Shown: positions 1 through 10,057, numbered from the stretch's first letter. The stretch: DNA of 64,000 nt from Acidobacteriota bacterium (GCA_963663035.1 OY760074.1:608001-672000); one strand, 5' to 3'. Numbers and translations: made by a program. Notes: a model not told the origin generated them from the sequence alone.

Positions 1-342
1 TTTCAGGAAAAGCTGGTGACTGGAAACTCCAACGACTGGCGCTGCCGCGCGGGTGCTCGCTACTTATACGTGTGTGAAGAGGGTCTCGTCCACTATTGCT
101 CGCAGCAGAGAGGCTATCCTGGTATTCCCCTGAAAGAGTACACACGGGAACACATTCGCCGTGAGTTTCTCACCCAAAAACCGTGTGCCCCGAATTGCAC
201 AATCTCCTGCGTCCATCACGCTTCCATGGCGGATTTCTGGCGTGCGCCTCAAAAACTCGAGGCCTTTGTCCCACAAGGTAAACCAAAGGTTCAGCTTCCT
301 TCAAAGCCCGGTCCCATGGAAGATCTTCTGCAGCTGGACTAG
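1..342 (+). CDS. Radical SAM protein, C-terminal SPASM-like region (5'-partial)
   Basis: Cys pattern CRAG-RYLYV-G-VHYC...CAPNCTISC resembles auxiliary Fe-S (SPASM/twitch) domains; frame runs from the window edge. Confidence 0.65.
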   Translation, partial: FQEKLVTGNSNDWRCRAGARYLYVCEEGLVHYCSQQRGYPGIPLKEYTREHIRREFLTQKPCAPNCTISCVHHASMADFWRAPQKLEAFVPQGKPKVQLPSKPGPMEDLLQLD

Positions 343-405
343 GCAGATATCTGAAGCCCGAAATCCACCAACACCAGCACTGGCTCACTTGGAGAGGTCG
401 ATTCT

Positions 406-861
406 ATGCAAGGGATTGTGGAAAGAATCTATGTCGTTCCCCAGGGCGGAGAAGACATGCAAAGGGTCAGTCAGGTCGAAGCTCTGGCCGACTGTGGCCT
501 GCAAGGTGATCGCTACTGCAAGCGCACGGGCTACTGGACCGATGTCGATGAATGTCAAGTGACGCTGATAGAATCGGAGAACCTCGAGGAGATCGAAAGG
601 ACAGGTGGCGTTCGTGTTGGCAATGGTGAGCACCGACGCAATTTGATCACAAGTGGTATCCAGTTGGAGAATTTGCGAGGTAAGCGGTTTCAGATTGGAC
701 AGGCTGTATTGGAATACGACAGGCCCCGCCCACCCTGCAGTTATATTCAGTCCATCACGGAACCGGGCATGACCAGAGCCCTGGTGGGACGCAGCGGAAT
801 CTGTGCCAGAGTGGTCCAGTCAGGGTTGATACGAGACGAAGATACGATTAATGTGCTCTGA
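406..861 (+). CDS. MOSC domain protein
   Basis: GLQGDRY, RRNLITSG, RPPC, GICARVVQSGLIR motifs; GGAGAGG upstream. Confidence 0.85.
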   Translation: MQGIVERIYVVPQGGEDMQRVSQVEALADCGLQGDRYCKRTGYWTDVDECQVTLIESENLEEIERTGGVRVGNGEHRRNLITSGIQLENLRGKRFQIGQAVLEYDRPRPPCSYIQSITEPGMTRALVGRSGICARVVQSGLIRDEDTINVL

Positions 862-1558
862 GTCCCACAGAACTGGTCGGCAGCAGTTTCCGGGCCTCTG
901 CAAAAACCTCATCAAACATCTCTCTGGTCAATCGTCCCGTTTGGGTGTTCTGCTGACTGGGGTGATAGGAACAAATCAGTGTCGTTTCATCATCCAGGCG
1001 ACAGCTTCTACCGTGAGCGAACTGAGGTCGAGGCTTCGGCACGGGCCCTCCAAGCTCTTCCCGGGCGAGCAAATATGCCCGCCAGGCGATCCTTCCCAAC
1101 ACGACGACTACACGGACACTGTTCAGCAGTTGCAGTTCTCGTCTGAGGTAGTCTCGGCAAGTTTCCAATTCCTCCGGCGCCGGTTTGTTGCCTGGTGGCA
1201 CACAGTGGAGAGCGGCCGTAATTCGGGCGTCCAACAGGCGCAATCCGTCTTTCCGGTGTTGGCTGGAGGGTTGATTACAAAATCCGAACCTGTGGAGGGT
1301 TTCAAAAAGAAAGTCCCCACTCCGGTCTCCTGTGAACATTCGACCGGTGCGATTGGATCCATGGGCACCTGGGGCCAACCCCAGGATGAGCAAGTGGGTA
1401 TGCCGAACTCCCAGCGAGGGAACCGGTTTCCCCCAGTAGGTGCTGTGCTGGAATGCGCGACGCTTCTCCCGCGCCACCCTCTCCCGATACTCTACCAAGC
1501 GGGGGCAAAGACGACACCCCACAATCTCTTTTTGAATTTCGCTGAGTTTGCCTGCCAT
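848..1558 (-). CDS. Uracil-DNA glycosylase family 5 (UdgB-type, Fe-S)
   Basis: CRLCPRL, GLAPGAHGSNRTGRMFTGDRSG, YHPSQQNTQTGRL; start set at ATG 1558 rather than the longer ORF overlapping the next gene. Confidence 0.9.
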   Translation of the reverse strand: MAGKLSEIQKEIVGCRLCPRLVEYRERVAREKRRAFQHSTYWGKPVPSLGVRHTHLLILGLAPGAHGSNRTGRMFTGDRSGDFLFETLHRFGFCNQPSSQHRKDGLRLLDARITAALHCVPPGNKPAPEELETCRDYLRRELQLLNSVRVVVVLGRIAWRAYLLAREELGGPVPKPRPQFAHGRSCRLDDETTLICSYHPSQQNTQTGRLTREMFDEVFAEARKLLPTSSVGLRAH

Positions 1559-1621
1559 GTTATGTTCGTGCTTTCGTTTTGGAGCACTAAGCCCGACTAA
1601 ACCATTGTAGAGTGAAAAGCT

Positions 1622-2377
1622 GTGACTAGCACTGAAATCCTTTACGCTATAGGAAGTGTGGTTCTGGTGAGTCTGTTCTCGCTTGTGGGCATTCTTCTGC
1701 TCCTCCTCCAGGATAAAATTCTCAATTACGTGACTATTTTGCTGGTCAGTTTCAGCTCGGGAAGCCTCTTTGGAGACGCGTTTATTCACCTACTTCCGGA
1801 AACAGTGGGGAGAAATGGATTTACCATCGCGGTTTCCCTTTACATTTTGTGTGGTATCGCGGGTTCCTTTGTAGTGGAAAAGGTCGTTCAGTGGCGGCAC
1901 GTTCATTCGCCTGCACAGGGGGAGATGGCAGCTTTTGCCTACATGAATCTCCTGGGTGACGCTGTTCACAATTTTCTCGACGGGATAGTCATTGCGAGTG
2001 CCTATGCGCTCGATATTCGTGTGGGAGTCGCTACTACCATTGCCATCTTATTCCATGAGATCCCCCAGGAAATGGGAGATTTCGGTGTGCTGGTTCATGG
2101 CGGCATCAGCCGTTCAAAAGCTCTCTTCTTCAATTTTGTCACCGCTTTGACAGCGCTGGGGGGAGCGCTGGTGACGATCATCCTCATTAATTTTGCCGAG
2201 CAGATGACCGTTTTCTTGATCCCCTTCTCAGCCGGTACCTTCATCTATATCGCCGGATCCGATCTCATTCCCCAGCTTCACAAGGAGAAGGAAGTGAGAG
2301 ATTCCCTGTTGCAGTTGCTGTTCTTCGGATTGGGGATAGCCGTAATGCTTATCCTGGCTTGGGGAAGCGGCGGCTAG
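1622..2377 (+). CDS. ZIP family metal transporter
   Basis: HLLPE, HNFLDG, HEIPQE signatures; multiple TM helices. Confidence 0.92.
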   Translation: MTSTEILYAIGSVVLVSLFSLVGILLLLLQDKILNYVTILLVSFSSGSLFGDAFIHLLPETVGRNGFTIAVSLYILCGIAGSFVVEKVVQWRHVHSPAQGEMAAFAYMNLLGDAVHNFLDGIVIASAYALDIRVGVATTIAILFHEIPQEMGDFGVLVHGGISRSKALFFNFVTALTALGGALVTIILINFAEQMTVFLIPFSAGTFIYIAGSDLIPQLHKEKEVRDSLLQLLFFGLGIAVMLILAWGSGG

Positions 2378-2579
2378 TCCGCATTTCTCACACCAGGTCG
2401 TTGCGAAGCGGCGAAAGGGCTGGAAAGCAGAGCCGTGGGCTTTAGCCCACGGGCCCGCAGGCTAAAGCCTGCGGCTCCGACTGGCGCGCGAGGGGTACCC
2501 GCTTGTGCGGGTCGCGCAACACAGGCAGGGCGGATCATTGCGCCGATGCAGTAGAGCGGGTGTGAGAAGTGCGGACTGA
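2374..2579. repeat. Palindromic element family A (MITE-like, contains REP doublet), copy 1
   Basis: Terminal inverted repeats AGTCCGCATTTCTCACACC / GGTGTGAGAAGTGCGGACT; internal hairpins GCCGTGGGCTTTAGCCCACGG and CCGCAGGCTAAAGCCTGCGG; core shared with 7978, 28136, 29666, 54277. Confidence 0.85.
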
Positions 2580-2581
2580 AT

Positions 2582-4265
2582 TCAGGATTGGGCAGGAATG
2601 TTGGAAAAGTGGCAGCTGGAACCGCGGCCTTGCGCTTTGGCAAAGTAAAGCGCCTCATCAGCCTGAGCGAAAAGTTCCGGAATGGTGGTGCTGTTGTGAG
2701 GAAAAGTTGAGCAACCAATACTGATGGAGAACTTGGGAATCTCGTCAGACTCCAGAGTGTTGATTTCTTCGATCAACCTATGAGAAAACGCTCCTGCCCC
2801 TTCGATGTCGCTTGTTGGAAGGAGCACACCGAATTCATCACCTCCACAGCGTCCCGCTAAATCCGCGGGACGGGTGGTGTTTCCCAGCATAGTGGCGAGA
2901 CACCGTAAGATTTTGTCCCCCACAGACTGTCCGCCCTTGTCGTTAATTGCTTTGAAATGGTCCATATCCATGAGTATGAGCGAAAGTGGAGAATTCTGGC
3001 GTCGGGCCCGAGCGAACTCTTGCTCCACTCGTTCGGAAAAATAGCTATCATTTGCTAGGCCGGTAAGCTTGTCAGTACGAGCCTCACTTTCAAATTCTTT
3101 CGAGACCTGGACATGCTGAAGAGCCAAGATCATCTGGCCAGTCAAAACTGGAATTTCCTGATGTCCTGCGAGCTCCACTCCTCCTTCGCATGTCGATAGA
3201 CGGCAAGAATCCCCGAAGGGTGACCCACGGAGTTCCACGATTTTCCCATATAGCTCTGGTAGGGATAAAGGTGAGCATCGTCTTTTTCGACAAACTGGGG
3301 ATCCTGCTTGAGGGCCGAAGAAGTATAGATCTCACTGGATTGATAGGTGGCTTGGTGGATACTCTGGCTGATGTCAAGGGCAGGGGATTTCGTAGGCGTG
3401 AATCCCTGACCGATCTGATAGGTAATTCGCTCTCCTTCAATAAGGGCGAACTCACAGCCGTCAGCCATCATGATGTCGTTGATCAGTTTAGGGATTTTGG
3501 GGTACAGAACCTCCAAATCTTCAGTTTGCACCAGGGCTTCTCCAAAGTCGAAGAGGATCCCTGACCGATCTGATAGGTAATTCGCTCTCCTTCAATAAGG
3601 GCGAACTCACAGCCGTCAGCCATCATGATGTCGTTGATCAGTTTAGGGATTTTGGGGTACAGAACCTCCAAATCTTCAGTTTGCACCAGGGCTTCTCCAA
3701 AGTCGAAGAGGCCCGACGAAATCTCTATCACTGCTTGCTTCTTCTCCCGCCCAAGGTTCTGGAAGTAAACGAGATAGCCAAAGAACAGGCCGACAATAAA
3801 CAGGAGAGGGATACGCAGTAAGAACCCCTCGGTGAAGGAGAAAACCCCTGATCTGTAAACCAGCAGGACGTACAGGCCACTGCTGATCAAAACTCCCACC
3901 ACAGAGGTCTTTAGATCCTGAGCGGCTGCAGCCATCAGCAGGATGATGAAGAAGAAAAGATAGAAATCTGAGACTGACTGACCGGTCAAATAAATGGCAA
4001 GTCCAACCATCAGGATGTTCAAGGAAGCCAGAGCGAAGTCGACTTTCGAACTCTCAAAATACTGTAAGGGGAGAAAAAAGAGGCCAGCATTGAGGACAGC
4101 ATTCACGACGACAAGCGCCACAAGCGCCGCCGGGCTGGAGTCGTCTGGAAGTGTGTTGAAAGAGAGGAGGTAGGCAATGCCCAGAGCCAGCAGCCATTGA
4201 AGCCAAAGAACATACTGGCGCTTTTCGGTAAGAATATCCTTCATATTAATACTTAACATAGGCAA
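2582..4265 (-). pseudogene. Membrane sensor diguanylate cyclase (TM + GAF-like + GGDEF), split as assembled
   Basis: TDKLTGL, DMDHFK, RPAD I-site, GGDEF, ADEALY; broken by a 155 bp tandem duplication (3402-3556/3557-3711) and a 1-nt homopolymer loss near 3145; correcting both gives one frame of 510 codons. Confidence 0.85.
3402..3711. repeat. Exact 155 bp tandem duplication
   Basis: ATCCCTGACC...GTCGAAGAGG occurs at 3402-3556 and 3557-3711. Confidence 0.92.
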
Positions 4266-4288
4266 GCTCCTGAGAACAAGCGGGCTTG

Positions 4289-4562
4289 AGTGTCTCGTCC
4301 CATGAATACCATGACGTTTGTGGCGAGCGCGACGGCGTCGAGTTCGCGAAGCGACGACGACGCGATGTCACTGACATCGTGGAGGAGGAGCGACAAAGAA
4401 ATCGATGCCGTCCCGCCGCCACCCTTCGGGCTGATGGGGGTTGCGGGCGATCTCTGCGTCGCTCGTCGTCGCCGATGTCCCTGCATCACCTCCTCCTCGC
4501 TCCTTGATCTCCCCTCCCAAGCCCCATCAGCAAATGTCTGGGTATACATGGGACGAGGCACT
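4289..4562. repeat. Palindromic element family B (MITE-like), copy 1
   Basis: ~30 bp imperfect TIR AGTGTCTCGTCCCATGAATACC / GGTATACATGGGACGAGGCACT; interior closely matches 34640-34905. Confidence 0.85.
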
Positions 4563-4603
4563 ACACGGGATGGTCCTTCAGAAGGGCTTCGACGTTGACC
4601 CCG

Positions 4604-4612
4604 TGCTATACT
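4604..4612 (+). promoter_or_regulatory. Extended -10 promoter element for ribA (probably leaderless)
   Basis: TGCTATACT 8 nt before ATG 4621; no SD sequence. Confidence 0.5.
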
Positions 4613-4620
4613 TCGAGCTT

Positions 4621-5223
4621 ATGACGACGGCTCGCCTAAGGTTAGACAAAATTCCACATACCCGGTTACCCACGAGGTCCGGTGACTTTGAACTCTTCGG
4701 CTTCGAAAACGAAGTGGATGGGGAGGAGGCTGTGGCATTAGTAAAGGGGAAGCTGGACGGCGATCTGGTCCCACTGGTTCGGATTCATTCTCAATGCTTC
4801 ACAGGTGACACACTGCACTCTTTGAAGTGCGATTGTGGTGAGCAGTTGGAGCAGGCACTGGCCAGGATTGAAGCTTCAGGCTGTGGAGTTCTCATCTATC
4901 AAATGCAGGAAGGACGTGGAATTGGGCTCCTCAACAAGCTGTACGCGTACGAACTGCAGGATCGTGGAGTCGACACAGTCGAAGCAAACTTGCAGCTGGG
5001 TTTTGAAGCGGATCAGCGCTCTTACGGTTTCTGTGCCCAAATATTGAAGTATTTTGGTATGAAGGCAATCCGCCTGATGTCAAACAATCCGGATAAGATT
5101 CTAGGCGTGAGCAGTGAGGGAATCGAGGTTGTTGAGCGAGTTCCCTTGGTGGTCAGGGCCTCCAGTCTTTCCCGAGAATACTTAAAAACCAAAAAAGAGA
5201 AACTCGGGCACCTCCTGGATTGA
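4621..5223 (+). CDS. ribA: GTP cyclohydrolase II
   Basis: VRIHSQCFTGD, CDCG, QEGRGIGL, MSNNPDK, YLKTKKEKLGH; the longer ORF start lies inside a repeat. Confidence 0.95.
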   Translation: MTTARLRLDKIPHTRLPTRSGDFELFGFENEVDGEEAVALVKGKLDGDLVPLVRIHSQCFTGDTLHSLKCDCGEQLEQALARIEASGCGVLIYQMQEGRGIGLLNKLYAYELQDRGVDTVEANLQLGFEADQRSYGFCAQILKYFGMKAIRLMSNNPDKILGVSSEGIEVVERVPLVVRASSLSREYLKTKKEKLGHLLD

Positions 5224-5784
5224 TCACTGAATTCCGACCACCAGGTCATCAGGTGTCCCCAGGTTCCCATCCGGGCCCGCCGAACTGAGAGCGTAGTCAT
5301 TGACTCCCATCGGCCGGTAAGAAAAAGGGTTGGACCAGGCATCTATCCGCACAACCCGGCTTTGGAACTGTGGCGACAGAATATCCATCAGCTCTTCAAA
5401 ACTTTCAACCTGTGGGGCCTGGTTATTGAGATTGGCGTAGCGGCGGATCCCCTCCCTGATCCGACTCATCTGCTGGAGAGTCGTTGCAGCGCGTTGCTCG
5501 TTGATCACCGCCAGTATATGTTCAGCCCTTTCCCAACGGCGGTCGCCGATGCGAAATTCCTCAATCAACCACTTGCCGTCTTTTTTGATTAACCTGACAG
5601 CAGTCGTGATTCGAACATCTGCTACGGCATGGTCACCCATTTCTCGTACATTGTCTACCTCCACTTGCCTGTCGGAAAGCGAGGCATTTTCAAAGGTACG
5701 GACCTGATCTTGAATTTGTCTTTCCAAACTTTTCCCACAGGCAAACGATCCCAACAAAATGAGAATCAGACCCAACCTTTTCAC
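5224..5784 (-). CDS. Lipoprotein with GspG/T2SS-G-like C-terminal domain
   Basis: Lipobox-like SFAC; DAWSNPFSY and YALSSAGPDGNLGTPDD match the GspG C-terminal motif; no prepilin leader. Confidence 0.7.
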   Translation of the reverse strand: MKRLGLILILLGSFACGKSLERQIQDQVRTFENASLSDRQVEVDNVREMGDHAVADVRITTAVRLIKKDGKWLIEEFRIGDRRWERAEHILAVINEQRAATTLQQMSRIREGIRRYANLNNQAPQVESFEELMDILSPQFQSRVVRIDAWSNPFSYRPMGVNDYALSSAGPDGNLGTPDDLVVGIQ

Positions 5785-5838
5785 GTGGGCAATATAGCAT
5801 AATTTGTCATCTTCACCGCGGGAAACGAATCCTCCCAG

Positions 5839-5867
5839 TTGACAAGCGGAGGAGGCGAGCCTATCCT
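5839..5867 (+). promoter_or_regulatory. Sigma70-type promoter upstream of recG
   Basis: TTGACA-17 bp-TATCCT. Confidence 0.65.
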
Positions 5868-5917
5868 AGTGAACAAAAGGTGAAACAAGGGTTTTTTTCA
5901 CTGAACGACCGCACCAC

Positions 5918-7981
5918 TTGAAGCAAATGCCCGTCACCCTTCAATCACTGGTTCAGGAGATCAGAGGAGTAGGACCCAGGAGGGCTGAGATGTTCTCCCG
6001 GGTCAAGATTTGGACCGTAGAAGATCTGCTGAAGTACAAGCCCTTTCGCTACGAGGACAGAACCACTTTTCGGTTGATAAGGGAGTTGGAACCAGACGGA
6101 GAAGCAGTCATAGAGGGTGAGGTTTCGGGAACAGACCGCTACACAACTCCCATGAGAAGGATGAGAATCTTTCAGATGCGGGTGAGGGACAGCTCCGGTT
6201 CTTTGCAGGTCAAGTTCTTCAATCAGCCTTACCTGAACAGGGTATTCCGAAAGGGACAGACGGTGATCCTTTATGGCAGCCCTCGTTTGGACGAATACGG
6301 TGATGGGCTTTCGATGCTCAATCCGGAGTACGAAGTTCTGGAGCGTGGATCAGACAGGAAGGTGCATACGGGATGTATTGTGCCGATTTATCGAAGGATT
6401 GGTCGGCTGACGACCCGAACGCTGCGCCAGATCATCTCTCAATTGCTGGAAGACTTGCCGCAGCAGCTTGACGATTCACTCCCCTCGTTTGTTCTCCGGA
6501 AGTACAGTTTTCCTGATCGAAAGTGGGCCTTTCAGGAGCTTCATTTCCCCAAACTCCCGCTTGGAGTCTCGAAAGAGACCTACCTGAGAGAGCTTGAGTT
6601 GAACCAGACAACGTCCCATCAAAGGCTCATCTTTGAAGAGTTCTTCCTGTTTCAACTCCGACTTCAATTCATCAAAAAACAGCGCGAGATGGTATCTAAG
6701 AAGAGAGTGATCCGGCTCCAGAAGCAAATCCGACAAAGGATGAAATCGATTCTTCCGTTCCAACCGACCTCTGCCCAAAAGCGAGTTCTGAAAGAGATCG
6801 GAGATGATCTGTGCAGTCCCAGGGTCATGAATCGGCTGCTCCAGGGAGAGGTCGGATCGGGAAAGACGATCGTGGCCCTCCAGGCCATGATTCTTGTCAT
6901 CGAAAACGGCTATCAGGCCGTGCTTATGGCACCTACGGAAATATTAGCTGATCAACACTTCTACACTGCTTGCCAGTCTCTGAGCAACACCAGTTATCAT
7001 GTGGCAGTGCTCACCGGTAGTGTCAAAGGGAAAAAGCGAGAAGGACTTCTCCGTCAACTTCGATCAGGGGAAGTGGATTTGCTCATCGGGACCCATGCCC
7101 TCATTCAAGAGGGAGTGGAGTTCAAAAACTTGGGTTTGGTGGTTATCGACGAGCAGCATCGGTTTGGCGTCCTGCAAAGGTCCCGCTTAACGAGGAAAGG
7201 AGATCTTCCGGAGACTCTGGTGATGACGGCCACACCGATCCCTCGAAGTCTGGCACTGACGCTTTATGGTGATTTAGATGTCTCGATCCTGGATGAAGTG
7301 CCGCCGGGCAGGCAGCCTGTTAAGACCATTGTCAAAGGTGAGCAGAGCCGTCAGGAAGTCTATGCCGCTGTTGGCCGTGAATTGGAAAGAGGCCGGCAGG
7401 CCTTTGTTGTTTATCCGCTCATCGAAGAATCTGAAAAAGTTGATCTCCGAGCGGCAACTGAAATGGCCGAACTCTTGCAGAGGGAGGTCTTTCCCGACTT
7501 AAAGGTGGCCTTGATGCACGGGCGGCTTAAAGAGGTTGAGAAGGGATTTCTCATGCGGAGCTTCAGAGCTGGTGAAATTCACGTCCTCGTCTCCACGACC
7601 GTGATCGAAGTCGGCATTGATGTTCCCAACGCAACTCTCATGGTGATTGAGCATGCCGAACGATTTGGTCTTTCTCAGCTCCATCAATTAAGAGGGAGAG
7701 TCGGTCGCGGTCAGCACCCCGGTCTCTGCGTCCTGATGACTGAGGGACTTCACTCCCGCGCGGCCTACCAGAGACTCGAGATTATGTGCCAGACCAATGA
7801 CGGATTTCAGATAGCTGAAAGAGATCTGGCAATCCGGGGGCCCGGCGAATTTTTCGGTACCCGCCAGTCCGGGCTGCCAGAGTTCTTCTTCGGGGATATT
7901 GTTCGTGATCGCAAGGCTTTAGAGTTGGCCCGGCTGGAAGCAAGGCAGTACCTGAGTGCCTCGAACACTGGAGAGAGCTAG
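5918..7981 (+). CDS. recG: ATP-dependent DNA helicase RecG
   Basis: Wedge domain, G-VGSGKT, DEQHRFG, MTATPIPRS, QLRGRVGRG, RGPGEFFGTRQSG. Confidence 0.97.
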   Translation: MKQMPVTLQSLVQEIRGVGPRRAEMFSRVKIWTVEDLLKYKPFRYEDRTTFRLIRELEPDGEAVIEGEVSGTDRYTTPMRRMRIFQMRVRDSSGSLQVKFFNQPYLNRVFRKGQTVILYGSPRLDEYGDGLSMLNPEYEVLERGSDRKVHTGCIVPIYRRIGRLTTRTLRQIISQLLEDLPQQLDDSLPSFVLRKYSFPDRKWAFQELHFPKLPLGVSKETYLRELELNQTTSHQRLIFEEFFLFQLRLQFIKKQREMVSKKRVIRLQKQIRQRMKSILPFQPTSAQKRVLKEIGDDLCSPRVMNRLLQGEVGSGKTIVALQAMILVIENGYQAVLMAPTEILADQHFYTACQSLSNTSYHVAVLTGSVKGKKREGLLRQLRSGEVDLLIGTHALIQEGVEFKNLGLVVIDEQHRFGVLQRSRLTRKGDLPETLVMTATPIPRSLALTLYGDLDVSILDEVPPGRQPVKTIVKGEQSRQEVYAAVGRELERGRQAFVVYPLIEESEKVDLRAATEMAELLQREVFPDLKVALMHGRLKEVEKGFLMRSFRAGEIHVLVSTTVIEVGIDVPNATLMVIEHAERFGLSQLHQLRGRVGRGQHPGLCVLMTEGLHSRAAYQRLEIMCQTNDGFQIAERDLAIRGPGEFFGTRQSGLPEFFFGDIVRDRKALELARLEARQYLSASNTGES

Positions 7982-8242
7982 CCCGGATTATGCATAGGTT
8001 CTCGTCACGAAGCGACGAAAGCGCTGACAACCATCGCCCTGGGCTTTAGCCCACGGGCCCGCAGGCTAAAGCCTGCGGCTCCGACTGGCGCGTGAGGGGT
8101 ACCCGCCATGGGGTCGGCCCCCGCAAACGTACTCTTGAGTACGTTGAGGAGTCGAGGGGTACCCGCTTGCGGGTCGCGCAACGCTGGCAGGGCGGATGAT
8201 TTCGTCGCTGCAGTAGAGAATTTAAGCATTATCCGGGCTTAG
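7978..8242. repeat. Palindromic element family A, copy 2
   Basis: TIR CTAGCCCGGATTATGC / GCATTATCCGGGCTTAG; REP doublet plus GGGGTACCCGC modules; left end overlaps the recG stop. Confidence 0.85.
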
Positions 8243-8250
8243 AACCAGTT

Positions 8251-8805
8251 ATGCGGATTATCGCTGGTAAGTATCGAGGACGGCGTCTGGCAGCCGTTCC
8301 AAAACATGTCCGGCCCAGCACTGATCGCCTGCGGGAAACCTTATTTAACATCGTGGCTGGTTCGGTAAAAGAATCTGTGTGGCTGGATCTCTTCGCCGGG
8401 TCAGGGGCAGTGGGTATCGAAGCACTCAGCCGAGGTGCCCGTCACCTCATCCTCAACGACAGTAGCACCCGGGCCCTCCGCTTGGTGCGAAAGAATTTGG
8501 AGATCTGCCAAGTGGAAGAGAGTTTCGAGATTGCTCAATGGGATGTCTTTGTTTTCCTGAGAAAGTTGGAAGCTCCCGCTCTGGACTTCGTATTTCTTGA
8601 CCCACCTCGCAATTTCGGCCGCTATGAAAAACTTCTGAAAACAGTGGGGAACCTCCCCTTCCTGCAGCCAGACACCTGGATAATTTTAGAGGCCTTTAAG
8701 AAGACCAAGCTGGACTGCTTTCCCGACACCCTTAACGTCTTTCGCCGGCTTCGAGTTGGAGACAGTCAATTGGTCTTTCTTCGTCCCCTGGTTAGAGGAC
8801 CCTAA
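8251..8805 (+). CDS. rsmD: 16S rRNA m2G966 methyltransferase
   Basis: MRIIAGKYRGR, RP-TDRLRETLFN, LDLFAGSGAVGIEALSRGA; DPPR in place of the usual DPPY. Confidence 0.92.
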   Translation: MRIIAGKYRGRRLAAVPKHVRPSTDRLRETLFNIVAGSVKESVWLDLFAGSGAVGIEALSRGARHLILNDSSTRALRLVRKNLEICQVEESFEIAQWDVFVFLRKLEAPALDFVFLDPPRNFGRYEKLLKTVGNLPFLQPDTWIILEAFKKTKLDCFPDTLNVFRRLRVGDSQLVFLRPLVRGP

Positions 8806-8937
8806 TGAGTGGTAAATGTTACTACGTATCGTCCCAGCATTTGTGTCTTGGCGGTTGCTGGGTGGAAAGAGTATAATCCCGAGAACGAGGTAGAGAACAG
8901 CAAGTCAGAATTCTTTTCGTTTCAGGAGGATGGTTCA

Positions 8938-9954
8938 ATGAAGTTGGGCGTGTATCGAAGTTTTCTTCCCCTTTTTTTCATGAGTTTCTTTTCTCAGACC
9001 TTATTCCTATCAGCTCAGGAACCCATAGCGCTTCCTGAAGGAGTGCCCCCGGAATCGGAATGGGCCTATGGGCAGCATCTGGGACAAGTGGAAGAAATGA
9101 TGGATGTTTCCGATCTAGCGGAGCGGGTAAGGCAACTGGAGTCCTTCATGAATAAACTCCACCCTGACTCTAAGATTCTGCAGTATTACGAGAGCTTTTT
9201 CAATCGTACTGTCGAAGACTACCAGCGTGCCGGCCAAACCCAGGAGGCCACCGCACTCACGAACAAAATGCTGCAGCTATTTCCCGACAGTGTAAGCCTC
9301 TTAACCCAGGAGCTGCGCGCGGCCATCCAGGCACAGGATTATGCCAGGGCGATTGAGCTGGGTGAGAAACTACAAGCCATCAAGCCAGACCAGCAAACGA
9401 CCGTATTACTCGCTCAAAGCTATATAGCCACGAATAATGCTGCCAAGGCCTCGGAGTATAGCCAGAAAGCCTTAGAGGCGCTGGGTCCCAAGGAAGGTCT
9501 CTACTTTGCGTACTGGCTAGCCACCTACCACACAGGTCAGCGTCAAATGGACAAAGTTGTGGAATACTACGACATGGTGCTGAAGGCGTATCCTCAGGGC
9601 ACCCCTTCAGGCTGGGATGCCGGGCAGTGGAATACCATTAAAGCTACTGCCTATGGTGCACTCGCCCGGGTCGCCTACGACAAGGAAGATTTCCCGGGAG
9701 CGATCCAGAACTATGGCGAGTCTTTAAGGTATCAACCGCAGAATGATCTTGCCTATCTTTCCATGGGTTTGAGTTACTGGAAATTGCAGCAGTTGGAACC
9801 CGCCATGGACGTTTTTGCGAAAGCTGTGGTTCTGGGCAAGGATCATTCCGCTAAAGCTCGTGAATACCTGGAGCAGATATACAAGCCCCTCAATAGTGAT
9901 TCCTTGGACGGCCTGGATGCGCTACTGGCAAAGGCCAGGACTGAGCTGAATTGA
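8938..9954 (+). CDS. Exported tetratricopeptide-repeat protein
   Basis: GGAGGA SD, signal peptide, repeated TPR-like helices. Confidence 0.75.
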   Translation: MKLGVYRSFLPLFFMSFFSQTLFLSAQEPIALPEGVPPESEWAYGQHLGQVEEMMDVSDLAERVRQLESFMNKLHPDSKILQYYESFFNRTVEDYQRAGQTQEATALTNKMLQLFPDSVSLLTQELRAAIQAQDYARAIELGEKLQAIKPDQQTTVLLAQSYIATNNAAKASEYSQKALEALGPKEGLYFAYWLATYHTGQRQMDKVVEYYDMVLKAYPQGTPSGWDAGQWNTIKATAYGALARVAYDKEDFPGAIQNYGESLRYQPQNDLAYLSMGLSYWKLQQLEPAMDVFAKAVVLGKDHSAKAREYLEQIYKPLNSDSLDGLDALLAKARTELN

Positions 9955-10017
9955 TAAGCTGGTCCGATTTCCCAGCCTCCTGTCAGAGTGCTCAACCGAG
10001 TCACTCGATCAAGCTTG

Positions 10018-10057
10018 CTAGCCCGGATTATGCTTAATTAGGGTTAGTAGACACTAG
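10018..10057. repeat. 40 bp CTAG-bounded remnant carrying a family A end
   Basis: CTAGCCCGGATTATGCTTAA...AGTAGACACTAG; partly repeated at 10115-10150. Confidence 0.55.

Noticed and set aside
1559-1789. N-terminal extension of the uracil-DNA glycosylase
   Set aside because: Overlaps the ZIP gene on the opposite strand; family motifs begin after ATG 1558
2430-2480. IS200/IS605 end or TnpB/RAYT locus suggested by the hairpins
   Set aside because: No HUH transposase or TnpB gene in the window; kept only as REP-like repeats
3402-3711. DGR template/variable repeat pair (also 26710/26886)
   Set aside because: Copies are identical with no adenine-specific changes and no reverse transcriptase is present
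4253-4598. ORFs spanning repeat elements (also at 2374, 8005, 27029, 29611, 34541, 54387)
   Set aside because: Translations of palindromic repeats with no protein-like features
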